Of a DNA stretch of 64,000 nucleotides, positions 40,447 to 53,150 are shown in pieces. The stretch comes from Octopus vulgaris (lineage: Eukaryota): NCBI GenBank assembly GCA_951406725.2, contig OX597826.1:71610001-71674000 (forward strand), in the 5' to 3' direction. Made by a program: the position numbers and the translations under genes. The notes below the pieces were generated by a model, which saw only the letters and a program-made list of their open reading frames with translations, searched no databases and was not told where the DNA came from. How positions within the stretch are numbered: the stretch's first letter is position 1; each line of letters opens with the position of its first letter.

Positions 40447-43010
40447 TATCGTTGTTGGCATCCTTTTTGTCTCGAGAGACAATGGAGTTGCGCATAAAAT
40501 GATCTAGTGCGACTTTTACACTTCATGTCCTAATACATCTCCTGCTGTGGCTGTGTAGCCCTATCCTGGACAAACACTCCCTCTGGCAGGTGCCGCAGAT
40601 GTAGCGAAGACTTTGCCTGGCTGGTTGTAATGTCATAGTTTCTTGTTGACGTCTTTTCTTGTCTTTCCATTTCTCCTCTCCCTTTATGTCACTCCTTTGT
40701 GTTCCCTCTTTTACGGTACATCGCCAATCTCCACGGTTACTGGCAACTGCTTCCCAGTTGTAATATTGATGTTGCAGGCATTCATGTCCCTTTTGCAAAC
40801 ATCCTTGTATCGTAAGAACGGTCTTCCCACACACCTAGTGCCCTTAGCAAGCACTCCGAAGAGTATGTCCTTGGGGATTCTGCCATCTTCCATATGGCTA
40901 ACATGTCCAAGCCATCTCATACGTCTTTGTGTGAGGAGTGCAAACATGCTTGGTATTTCTGCTTGCTTGAAGACATCTTTGTTGGGGACATGATTCTGCC
41001 ATTTGATGCAACGGATTTTCTGGAAGCAGCGCAAATGAAAGATATTTAGGCGACGCTCTTGGCATGTGTATGGCGTCCAAGTCTCACTTCCATACAGTAG
41101 AGTGCTAAGAACACATGCCTGGTAAATCTTCATTTTTGTAGTCTTGGTCAGCTTATTGTTGTCCCATGCCTGTTTGGAGAGTTGGGCCATCGCAGCAGCT
41201 GCCTTGCCAATGCATATATTGAGCTCAGCATCAGGGATAGGTTGTAGATGACGGTAGAGCCAAGATAGGTAAACTTCTCCACCTCCTGTAGTCTGTGGTC
41301 TCCAATATGTATGTTTGGGATGTCCGATGTAGCCTGACCCATGATGTTGGTGTTCATGAGGTTGATAACTAAACCAAAGTCACTACATGCTTGCTCAAAA
41401 CAGTCGATGAGCCTTTGTAGGGCTTCTTCTGTGTGTGATACCAGAGCGGCATCATCAGCAAATAGCATCTCCTTGATCAGGACACTTCTGATTTTGGTCT
41501 TGGCATGCAGATGCAAGAGATTGAACAGTTTCCTGTCACTTCTACTGTGCAGAAACACTTCATCATCTGATGTCTCAAAGGCATGTGACAGCAGCAGTGA
41601 GAAGATGCCAAATAATGTAGGGGCAAGGACACAACCTTGCTTTACCACGTTTTTATTTGGAAGCCGACTGATGTTGAACCATTGTGCTGTATATTGCCTT
41701 GCACATCATCATGCAAAGATTTGATGATCCTCAGCAGCTTTGGTGGACATCCGATTTTTTGGAGCAGGATGAAGAGGCCTTTTCTACTTACCAAGTCTAA
41801 GGCCTTTGTCCAATCAATGAAGGCCATATATAATGGCATTTTCTGCTCTCTGGACTTCTTCTGAAGTTGGCGTATGGAGAATATCATGTCAATAGTTGAT
41901 CTGCTTCTTCTAAAGCCACACTGCGATTCTGGATAAATTTAAGAAGCAAGCAGTTGTAGCCTGGACAGGATAATGTGAGCAAAGGCCTTTCCAACAGTGC
42001 TTAGAAGAAATATTCCACGGTAATTGTTACAATCATCATGGTCACCTTTGTGTTTGTAAATCGTAATGATGTTAGCATCCCGCATATCCTGAAGGACTGT
42101 ACCCTCTCCCCAGCACTGACACAGAAGCTCATGTAGGTGCCGAAGCAGGATGGTGTTTTTGCTGGTTTTGATGATCTCTAAGGGGATGGTATCCCTTAGA
42201 GCCTTGTTACTTGCTAGGGAGTCAATAGCCTTGCTGAGCTCTACTATAGATGGCCGACTGTCAAGTTCGCACATGACTGACAAGATCTTGACACCCTCGA
42301 TTGCAGCCTCAGCTACCGTGGCCCCCCGTGAGTACAGATCCTTGTAGTACTCCACCCATCTATTCATTTGCTAGCTTTGGTCCTTGAGATCTCCAGTAGT
42401 TGATTTCAGAGGGGCTGACTTGGTTGCGGATGGACCGAGGGCCTTCTTCAAACCGGCATACATCCCACGGGTGTTGCCACTGTCAGCAGCTGACTGGATA
42501 CTCTGACAGATTTCCTGCCAATACCTGGCAGTCAGTTGGATTTTATTTCTTGCCTTTCTGAGTTCTTCGAGTGACTTTGTAGAAGAATCACTCTTGTATT
42601 GCATCAGAGCTGCATACTTTGCTTCGATAACTGTTTCCAGCTCTAAGAGCCCAGCATTGAACCAATCTGGGTTTTGCCTTTCTCTCATGCCGAAAGTATC
42701 TATTGATGTGGTATACAAAGCTTCCCTGATATAATTCCACCTACTTTCAGCAAAGGAGGTTGGGCAGCTACTGAGGGCAACCTTGATAGAAACAGCAAAA
42801 CATTTTCGCAGTGTAGGGTCCGAGGTTCTGGCAGTGTTAATGCGTGGTCGGCCCATTTTCTTGGAGTGATGGACTTTTTTAGGCAGAATCCTCACCCTGC
42901 TTCCTATTAGTGAATGATCTGTATCACAATCCACGCTGTGGTAACTACGGGTCAGTTGAACAGAATTCAGAAAGGATCTTTGTGTAATGATGAGATCCAG
43001 ATGATGCCAA
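40447..43010 (-). mobile_element. RTE (BovB-like) LINE, 5'-truncated and frameshifted
   Basis: DCDTDHSLI, DCNNYRGIFLLS, VKQGCVLAPTLF, LFADDAAL, LLYGSETW, terminal CxxC..SRIGLHSH; tail ccattgtctctcgagagacaaaaaggatgcc. Confidence 0.92.
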
Positions 43011-44037
43011 GCAAAGTCGACCTCGGCGGAATTTGAACTTAGAACGTAGCGGCAGACGAAATACCTATTTCTTTACTACCCACAAGGGGCTAAACAAGGA
43101 GAGACAAACGGATTAAGTCGATTATATCGACCCCAGTGCGTAACTGGTACTTAATTTATCGACCCCGAAAGGATGAAAGGCAAAGTCGGCCTCGGCGGAA
43201 TTTGAACTCAGAACGTAACGGCTGACGAAATACTGCAAAGCATTTCGTCCGGCGTGTTTGAAGGTAAAACCTGACATATCTATGTTGGTGAACAACAAAT
43301 ACTGGTAGTCATCAGTTACCTCCCTTCTATTGTCAGGCTGATCTAGCAATGAATTTTTTTTTTATTTTACCTCGACTGAAATTCTACGAACTTATATTGA
43401 AAACGGGAGGATGCTTAGGTGTTCATCATTTTTGCCACCTGCTTTAGACGTATTTGCATGTTTTGAATAAAATTTATATTTAAAAAAAAGATAAATAATT
43501 TGAATTATGGAAAATACGATAGAATAATATTCTTTAATTAAAATTAAGTCTCGTTACTGAATGCTTGGCTTTTGGAATAATTTTTTTATTATATCTAATA
43601 CCATATACGTAGATATCATTTTTGATTTATTTTTTGTCATAGGAAAGGGTGCTTCCACCTGATCGTAGAGCTTTATTACATGGATGGAGCATTAAGGAAC
43701 CCCCACCACCATTTCTGTGGGAATCTGATGGCTACTTTGTGAGTAAATGTATAATCCAAACGAAGCTAGTAGTTTCGGTAAGGTTAATAAATAAACCTAC
43801 GAACACAATCCATCTCCTCTTAGTTTATAGATCGGTGGGGGTCTCATCAGTTTCTAGTAAATCGATGTTCGTTGCCTGCTACATGTAAAGTAACCCTAAA
43901 GGAATTGAGCTTCTGGATATCTTGAAATGGTTTCGTGGCAGGGAAAGCAATTAAGCAAGTGGCAGTTCAGGTGAGGAAGAAGTAATTCGGAAAAAAATGG
44001 TCACTTTCTTCTTACTGGCAGTTAATTTGAGATTTTA

Positions 44038-44371
44038 GTTTATTTACCAAAGGATTAATAAACTATTATGTTCGTGAGACGGGTTGAATAGTTGATCGCC
44101 AGACTTTCGGTTTAACTATAAACTACTTCATGGAGAAGGAAAAAGACAAAGAATTGGATAATTGTTTCCATCTGTGAAAGAATTTTGATTACCAAAACAT
44201 TTAATTTTTTTCCGTTTTTGCCAACCATTTCCGTGTCATTTTTCGGTAAATTTTTTTCAGGTACTTTCCTCTTTGACCTTGTGATAGCTATTCCGAAAAT
44301 CTGCGGATCAACTATTACACCCGTCTCACGAGTGTAATAGGTGCATCTAGTAATCTTTTAGTAAATAAAAA
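44038..44371. mobile_element. MITE-like element with imperfect TIRs of about 60 bp
   Basis: cgtgagacgggttgaatagttgatc versus gatcaactattacacccgtctcacg (23/25 complementary), with weaker pairing further out. Confidence 0.6.
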
Positions 44372-44727
44372 TAATTGGCTGTCGATAATAAAAAGGTTGC
44401 AAAAAATGTTTTACTGTAATATAAGGTGGGGAGGAGAAAAAGCTCAAATACATCAGATCTTCTGTTATAATTCTATTCACATCCAGATTGCTTTTTAGGG
44501 ATATTAAATCAACCCCAGCATTTGACTAGTACATATTTCCTTTTATCAACTCTAGAAGGAAGAAAAGCAGAATTGATTTCAGAACATTTGAACCCAGAAT
44601 GGTAAGTGCTGCAACATTATACTGCCTGGCATTTTGTACAATGTACAAACAATTCTGCAATCCATCACCTTGAGTTAGATTTGGATAGAAGTGACATATT
44701 GCTTGCTAGCTCCGAGGAGCAAACGTC

Positions 44728-45132
44728 ATTATTAATAATAATGTTTGTCCTTCGGGTTCGAAGATGACCATTGACATCATTTGGTGGAATTGCTGCTATG
44801 AGACCGGAGGTGGCTGGTGAGGCCAATCCGGGCAAGAAAGCCCCTCCCACAGGTGGGGGCAGAAGTGGGTAGGGGCTGTGCTATTGGTGCAGGTGGCTCT
44901 GGCTTTCCGCATCTGGGGTTTCTGTTCTGCTGACTGAATCCGTCTCTCCTCGGCTGTCTTTGCTCCTGTGGTGATTGCGCTGCGCCAGGATGAGCGGTCG
45001 GCATGCTGAAATCATCAACAGAATCTCCAAGGCAGCGATTCTGTAGTGTGATGGAGACACCACAGATTCACACACCATGCTCTCTCCTGCAATGCCAACA
45101 TAGATGCTGAAATCATCAACAGAATCTCCAAG
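44728..45132 (-). mobile_element. RTE LINE 3' end with an inverted RT-downstream fragment
   Basis: PTCGRGFLARIGLTSHLRSH on the minus strand; NANIDAEIINRISK on the plus strand at 45091-45132. Confidence 0.75.
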
Positions 45133-46500
45133 TCATTATTATGGTTGTGATGGTAGTGTATCCAGCGTAAGGAAATAAATTGTATATTGTGATGTGTTGG
45201 TGTGTGAATCTGTGGTGTCTCCATCACACTACAGAATCGTTGCCAGACAACTGAATCGTCGTCATTGTCATCGTTTTAACGTCTCCTTTTCCATGCTTCT
45301 ATAGGTCGAGCAGGGTTTATTGATTCTCTACGACCAGATGCCCTTCCTGTCATCAACCCTCATCTCCTTCCAAGCAACGTGATATCACCCCATAGCCAGA
45401 CATGATTTCACAGGCGACTGGAAATGAACAACACCGTTTATATGACTGATACTCATTTGCATTCATTCATTTGGTCCTGAATAACTTTCTCTTTTTTAAT
45501 GTAAATTAGAACATCTGGACGTTGTAGCAATGCTATCTCAAATATATGTGCGAGACCTCATCGTTTTTTTGTAATTTATATTAATAGTTCTCCGGGTAAC
45601 TAGAAACAAAGGTACACCTCTGAAGATGGCACACTCACGGAACTAGATTTGTATGAGAATTCCCAGTTATTTTCGTATTTACTTAAGAGGACAATAGAAT
45701 GTTTCCACGTCTAATAATAAGATTTTCACACAACAGTAATTAATCCACATTGTACATGCTTCAGGTATTCTGATTCATGCTGTGTTCTTTATAAATATAT
45801 TTCATTAACTTCACGAACAACTAATATATGAGAACCAGGAAGACTATATAATGTCCAGTTAAACTATTGCTATATATATATATATATATATATAGCAAGG
45901 TAAATTACCAGTTCTTTGGGTAAGCAAAGAATAAAATCTGTATCTTCTCTGCTGAAGGTAAAAATTACTCCACAATAAATCTATCAGGGGATTCTTCGTT
46001 ATTTTACTTTGCATGTGAGTGAATGTGTGTGTGTGTGTGTGTGTGCGTGTGCATGTGCATGTGTGTGCATGCATGTGTTTGTATGACACCAGATCACTCC
46101 CTCCACTGCCTCCTCCATTATAGCAAGGCACCTGTTTCTGCCTCTCTGTCACACTCTAACCTATCATGCTCTGACACAAGTTTCCCTCCTCAAATGCCCC
46201 TGCCCCTCTCGAAATTCCTCGGGTTGCAAGATACTTGGTGACCCTGCCAGTGCTGGTGCCATGTAAAAAGCATCCAGTTCATGCTGTAAAGTGGTTGGCA
46301 TTTGGAAGGGCATCCAGCTGTTAAAAATCGTACCACATAAAAAGCATTAAGTCCTCTCTGTAGAATAGTTGGTGTTAGGAAGGGCATCCAGCTGTAAAAA
46401 CCCTTCCAAAACAGACTGGGATAATCTTCTATCTGACCAGCTGTCAAACCAACCTCCTCATGCATGCATAGAAGATGAATGTTAAATGATGATGATGATG

Positions 46501-46548
<48 letters not shown>

Positions 46549-46550
<2 letters not shown>

Positions 46551-46995
46551 TCATCCCATAAATAATGTGGGTTTTTTATACTTCTTTTATCTTTTAAAAT
46601 TAAGATAAACAAAGTTCTTTTTCAATCTAAAATATGCTCTCCTTCATTTTCTACAATGCTCTTCCATCTATCTGGTAGACTTGCAAGGCCCCTCTTCCAA
46701 AATTCACTTGTCTGTGATGAAAAACACTCCTCCAGTACTATTCTGACTTCATCTACAGAATTCATATTTTTTCTGTCCAAATGATTTTTGAAGACTGGAA
46801 TAAATGATAATCAGATGGGGCAATGTCTAGTGAATATGGTGGATGGGGCATCATTTCCCATTCACTCTGCTCCAGCCTTTGGAATGTCATCCTTGCTGTA
46901 TGTGACTGAGTATTATCCTGGTGGAAGAACACCTTTCATTTTGAAACCAAAGATGACTATTTTTTCTTCTAGAGCTGACTTAAGTTGCTCACAGT
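46549..46995 (-). mobile_element. Mariner transposase remnant
   Basis: Minus strand encodes HSLDIAPSDYHLFQS; TIR-like gagtcatcccataaataatg at the left end. Confidence 0.65.
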
Positions 46996-47314
46996 AGATC
47001 TCCTTTGTTATCGTTGGGATGCTAACTTCTTACCACACAGCCATGCCTGCACCTATGTAAGTTTGTGTGTGTGTGTGTAGCCTTCTCTAGATGGCCTTAA
47101 ATGAACATCAACATCATAAAAGCGAGGTTGCTCATTTCTAGTCGTCTGTGAAAAACATGTTTTGCTATGGGGAAATATCACCTTGCTCCAAAACAGGATA
47201 TACAGCCATAGAAAATCTGTCACAACAAATTCCATCTGACTCATGCAAGCATAAAAAAATGAACAATAAATGTCGATGATGATTTCCATGCTTGTATAGG
47301 ATGGATTGGTCATT

Positions 47315-47575
47315 CCATCCTATAGCATGGAACAAACTGCCGGCATCAGTTGTTTGTTGTCGGAGCATTGCATCCTTCAAAACTTCCATGCTTTCTGAGA
47401 TTCGCCAACACTGCACCTGATTTTCTCCCCTCCACACACACACAAGCATGTATCTGACTCATACACTGTTCACTTCCCAGACATTTGTACATTACTGCAT
47501 ATGCTTTATACACACTTTTGACAAGTTGTGGTGCACCTGAGCACTGTATACAATAATTTCATTATTATTATTATT
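47315..47575 (+). mobile_element. CR1/L2-group LINE 3' end
   Basis: AWNKLPASVV...IASFKTS, then 3' UTR and (ATT)n tail. Confidence 0.65.
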
Positions 47576-47895
47576 CTAACCCGAGTCAACACCTGCACAG
47601 AGTTACTGCCCTTGTAGAGGAGGATCATGCCTTGTTCATACATTTCGTTTTTGGGATGGTTTGAATAACTCTTATGTTCTTTCCCAATACCAACTACTTT
47701 ACAAAGTGTACTGGATACATTTTATCATGGCACTGGTACTATAGATGTTATCACGTGCTTGACAAGACTAAAGGGTCTGCCTGTCCCTATGCTATCTCCG
47801 CTCAATTGACAAACAACTTCACAGAGTCTATTGGATGAAGGTTGTCAGCATCAGCACTTGTGAAGTTACTTGCTACCTTGCAAAACTAAGCAACT

Positions 47896-48680
47896 TATTT
47901 CTTTATTGGCCACAAGGGGCTAAACATAGAGGGGACAAACAAGGACAGACAATGGGATTAAGTTGATTACATCGACCCCAGTGTGTAACTGGTACTTAAT
48001 TTATTAACCCTGAAAGGTTGAAAGGCAAAGTCAACCTCAGCAGAATTTGAACTCAGAACGCAGCGGCGGATGAAATACCTATTTCTTTATTACCCACAAG
48101 GGGCTAAACATAGAGGGGACAAACAAGGACAGACAAAGGGATTAAGTTGATTACATCGACCCCAGTGTGTAACTGGTACTTAATTTATTAACCCTGAAAG
48201 GTTGAAAGGCAAAGTCAACCTCAGCAGAATTTGAACTCAGAACGCAGCGGCGGATGAAATACCTATTTCTTTATTACCCACAAGGGGCTAAACATAGAGG
48301 GGACAAACAAGGACAGACAAAGGGATTAAGTTGATTACATCGACCCCAGTGTGTAACTGGTACTTAATTTATTAACCCTGAAAGGTTGAAAGGCAAAGTC
48401 AACCTCAGCAGAATTTGAACTCAGAACGCAGCGGCGGATGAAATACCTATTTCTTTATTACCCACAAGGGGCTAAACATAGAGGGGACAAACAAGGACAG
48501 ACAAAGGGATTAAGTTGATTACATCGACCCTAGTGTGTAACTGGTACTTAATTTATTGACCCCGAAAGGATGAAAGGCAAAGTCGACCTCAGCTGAATTT
48601 GAACTCAGTATGTAACGGCAGACAAAACACCGCTAAGCATTTCGCCCGGCGTGCTAACGTTTGTGCCAGCTCGCCGCCTT
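47896..48680 (-). repeat. SINE family B tandem array: one head plus 4 x 184-bp units
   Basis: Unit boundaries at 47896, 48080, 48264 and 48448; single tRNA-like head at about 48632-48680. Confidence 0.9.
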
Positions 48681-49594
48681 CTGTCGATGAGATTTGGCAC
48701 TAGTCTTTATTCAGTACGACAATCATCTTGACTCATCCGGAAACTGTCTGTTATGGGTAGGATTTTGTGCATCTGATAGTGTTGCATCAATCTCTGAAGT
48801 TTGTGTTACATCAGTCCTCAGTCAAACCGTCCAACTCATACCAGCATGGAAACCTTGCCAGATCAGGTTTTCAAAAATGCTTCTGAGAAAAATGTTCTCA
48901 CTCTCTACTAGAGGAGACGGAGGTAGATGTAGAGGATCAGTATTCTACAGTGAAGCAAAGATGAGTGCAGGTGGCCAGAGTAAAGGTCACTAGAGACCCC
49001 GCCCCCCACTGCACAACGAGATGTAATGTAATCAAAAGAGTGAATAGAAGAGAGGAAAATGATAGAAGAGGAATTAGATTGAGAGGGTGAAAGAACGATA
49101 GTGAATCGGGAGCAAAATAATGAGCATGTTTATGCAAAGCTTACTTTGACCTACAACCTCATCAAGCCTTAATTGGCATGCAGGAGTGGCTGTGTGGTTA
49201 GGCAGCTTGCTTCCCAAGTACATGATTTGGGGTTCAGTCCTACTGTATGACACCTTGGGCAAATGTCTTCTACTACAGCTTCAGGCCAGTCGAAGCCACG
49301 TGAGTGTGTCTGGTAGACAGAAACTAAAAGAAGTCCCTCATAAATATATGAGTGTAAGTGGGAAGCAGGAGTGTATAAGTTTGCATCTTCATGTCTTGAT
49401 ATCAAGCAATAGATGTAAATGAGTGTCACTGTCTTACAAGCAGTGTCGTTTGTCTCCATATATTCTGTGAGAATATGTCTGGTCATGGGGAAATGTTAGC
49501 TTGCTTGGGAACAAGTGATGGTTGATGATAGGAAGAGCATCTGGTCATAGAAAATCTGTTTCAATAAACTCCATCCAAGACATACAAGCATGTA

Positions 49595-50161
49595 TTGGGT
49601 TGTCCGGAAAGTTCGTGCCGATTTTTAAAGGAAAGAAAAAGGTCAATAAATACTTGCCATTACATTTTTAATCAACCAAATATGAACCATTTTGTTGCAC
49701 AATGCGTCTCCATCTTTCCTTTAACTTGAAAATACCCTCTTCCCAGAATTGAGGTGGTTTCATGGCAAAGAATTCATCAAGGTGTCTTTTTACATCATCT
49801 AAGGAATTGAAATTTTTACTATTAAGACTATTCTGCAGAGACTTGAATAAGTGGAAATCCGAAGGAGCAATATCTGGTGAATATGGAGGGTGGGGGTAAC
49901 ACATCCCAGCCGAGCTGCAGCAATTTTTGTCTGGTTCCCAAAGCATCAAGTGCTGAAAATGAACTTTCTTATCTTCCATTTTAAAGGGTTACAGAATTAA
50001 CACGGGTTATAGGAACATAAACCTTCTTCCACGAAAAGATAGCTTAAGCTGTGCTCTAAATGGAGGTGTAGTCAAATCCTATTTTATGGACTCAACCATG
50101 TTCTAAAATAAGTCGAAAGGTAAGCTGCTATAAATCGGCATGAACTTTCTGGACAACCCAA
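49595..50161 (-). mobile_element. Internally deleted mariner transposon
   Basis: About 30-bp TIRs (ttgggttgtccggaaagttcgtgccgattt / aaatcggcatgaactttctggacaacccaa) with TA TSDs. ORF 49668-49979 has HPPYSPDIAPSDFHLF and RWRRIVQQNGSY. Confidence 0.92.
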
Positions 50162-51352
50162 TAAAAGGGGGGCTTTAAATTGATGATGATGACAAATGAC
50201 AAGAGCCATTTCTTTGGTTCAGCTCAACTTGTTGTTCACACAAGTTCTTTGATCCAGGAGTAAGATTATTTCAGGAGCTGCCAGTTTCTCCGCAGCCAAT
50301 GGTGGTCACATACTCTCTCTCATTTGCATATGAAATCTGGTATTTTATTGTACGAGTATCCTGACTGTCAACCAAATAATATGCAAAGCACTATGCTGTA
50401 TCCATCAGTATTTGTCATATTTGGTTTCTGTTTCTAGAAGTAATTTAAAGTTTTCATATTAAATGAACAGAACGAGCCACTGGTAGTAATGCTTGTGAAG
50501 TGACACTCTTTTGAGATTAGTCTTTGAAGAATCAACAAAAAGCCTTCGTGATTATTCAGTTCCTAATTTGCAGACCAATCTTGAAAATCCCTTTGCAATA
50601 AATTAGAGCACTTTTTTTCTTCTTACCCCCCAAAATTGCACAAAGTCTTCCTCTTACTTTCTATACCAGCCAAAGAATGTAATGAATGCCAATAAAATGT
50701 TCTCCTGCAATCTAGGCCTCAAAGATTCTGAAGATTTCTTGAGCAGACTCAGTCATTCAATCATTCTGTTATGCTTGGTGTTTAAGATTTTGGTTCTTTT
50801 TTGGTTCATAAACAGTCATGTTAGAATTTAGGCCTGAATTTGAATTAGAATGATCCAGCCTGTCAGGTATGTGGGGACAGGAGAGATTGGATGTGGGGGT
50901 TCATGTCTTGATGGCTGATGGAAGATTTGGGTTCTGAAGACTTTCTTTCTTCTCGACATTGTAAACTTGAACATTACAAGAGTGTGAGATAGCAGTCATC
51001 AATAATTTCTTTCTATATGCCATCATGCTTTCTCTTTACTATAATTCCAATTTTACAAATGGTGAATCTTGTGTGGAGCGCAACTTTTGTCTTCATCTCT
51101 TCATTTCATTCAAAAATAGGCCAAATAAACCCTCTTACAGTATTATCTCTTATTTTTGTTTTTTTAGCAAAAGGGGTGTCACATATATAGCAGAATATGT
51201 CTGGGATAATTGATGCAACCTCTAGAAGCCATTGTTAAAAACATGGAGCAAATTTATGATTTATATCTGAAAAACATAAACAAACATGAATTCTATTATT
51301 CAGAGTTGAAATTTATATATGCCATTTTGGTTCACAAAACATACGTTAATAT

Positions 51353-51570
51353 TCTCTTTTACTTGTTTCAGTCATTTAACTGCGGCCATGCTGGAGCACC
51401 ACCTTTAATCGAGCAACTCAACCCCGGGACTTATTCTTTTGTAAGCCCAGTACTTATTCTATCGGTCTCTTTTGCCAAACCGCTAAGTAACGGGGACGTA
51501 AACACACCAGCATTGGTTGTCAAACAATGCTAGGGGGACAAACACAGACACACAAACATACATGCACACA

Positions 51571-51608
<38 letters not shown>

Positions 51609-51773
51609 TACGACTGGCTTCTTTCAGTTTCCGTCTACCAAATCCACTCACAAGGCTTTGGTCGGCCCGGGGCTATAGTAGAAGACACTTGTCCAAGGTG
51701 CCACGCAGTGGGACTGAACCCGGAACCATGTGGTTGGTAAACAAGCTACTTACCACACAGCCACTCCTGCGCC
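51353..51773 (-). mobile_element. Full-length SINE family A
   Basis: Reverse complement of the 30276-30705 element, with head, microsatellite and tail intact. Confidence 0.9.
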
Positions 51774-52236
51774 TGAAACAAAACTTTTTATACATGGGAT
51801 AAGAAAAAGAAAAAAGATATGAAAAGGTTGCTTAATTAAATGCCAAAATTGGAAGGTAGGGAATGACAGACAGCATTTTTTAATTTGACCAAACAACTTT
51901 AGAATCTCCTCTCAAAATAAATAAAATACAATTTGATGCAGTTTGGTGTAATTAATCTTGTTTGTAGTTATGTCAGTCTGCTACAGAACCCACTGAAGCT
52001 TTTCATTTATCTTTTACCTTGTACTTGTTTCAGCCATTAGACTGTGGCCATACTGGAGCACTGCGTTGAAGAACTTTTAATTGAATGAATTGACCCTAGT
52101 ATTTATTTCGTTTTTTTTAAAACCTGGTACTTATTCTATCAGTCTCTCTTGCTGAACTGCTAAGTTATGGGGATGCAAACAAACCAACAGTAGTTGTCAA
52201 GTGGTAGTGGGGGACAATCACAGAAACACACATAGA

Positions 52237-52650
52237 GGGCGGTGAGCTGGCAGAAACGTTAGCACGCCGAGCGAAATGCTTAGCAATATTTCGTCTGCCA
52301 TTACGTTCTGAGTTCAAATTCCACCGAGGTCGACTTTGCCTTTCATCCTTTCGGGGTCGATAAATTATGTACCAGTTACGCACTGGGGTTGATGTAATCG
52401 ACTTAATCCCTGTCTGTTCTTGTTTGTCCCCTCTATGTTTAGCCCCTTGTGGGTAATAAAGAAATAGATATTTTGTCTGCCGTTACGCTCTGAGTTCAAA
52501 TTCCGCCAAGGTCACCTTTACTTTTCATCTTTTCGGGGTCAATAAATTAAGTACCAGTTACACACTGGGGTTAATGTAATCGACTTAATCCCTATGTCTG
52601 TCCTTGTTTGTCCCCTCTATGTTTAGCCCATTGTAGGCAATAAAGAAATA
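52237..52650 (+). mobile_element. SINE family B dimer nested in a family A copy
   Basis: Head ggcggtgagctggcagaaacg plus two body units; family A halves on both sides. Confidence 0.8.
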
Positions 52651-53150
52651 ATAAACACACATAGATATATATACAATAGATTTCTTTCAGTTTCTGTCTC
52701 CCAAATTCACCCACAAGGCTTTAGTTACCCCCAAAGCTATAATAGAAGACACTTGCCCAACATACCATGCTGTGGGACTGAACCTGGAACATGTGGTTAG
52801 AAAGCAAACTTCTTACCATACAGTCATGTACTCATTGTTTACAAAGCGCACAGTATTAAGTCCTTCCTTATATCTTTGCTACACACCAAGTAAAACATCT
52901 TCCCAGATGACACTCAAGTTTTGTGTTTTTCTACAAACTAACACTCTAGATTTTTTAACGTTGTACACTTCATATTTCAAATAGCAAATCTTTAACATAT
53001 TTTCCTTGTGACTCCAGTCATCCACATATAAAATTTCCTGAAGCTCAACCAGTCCTGAACTGTAGATATATTACCAACTACAGTAAACAGAAGAGGAATA
53101 AGGATGAAACCTGTTGAACACGTAGCTGGTCACAATATTTCTTGCTGCTA

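Noticed and set aside
50816-50866. Plus-strand exon candidate ending CAG|GTATGT
   Set aside because: Stops in all frames and no supporting neighbours.
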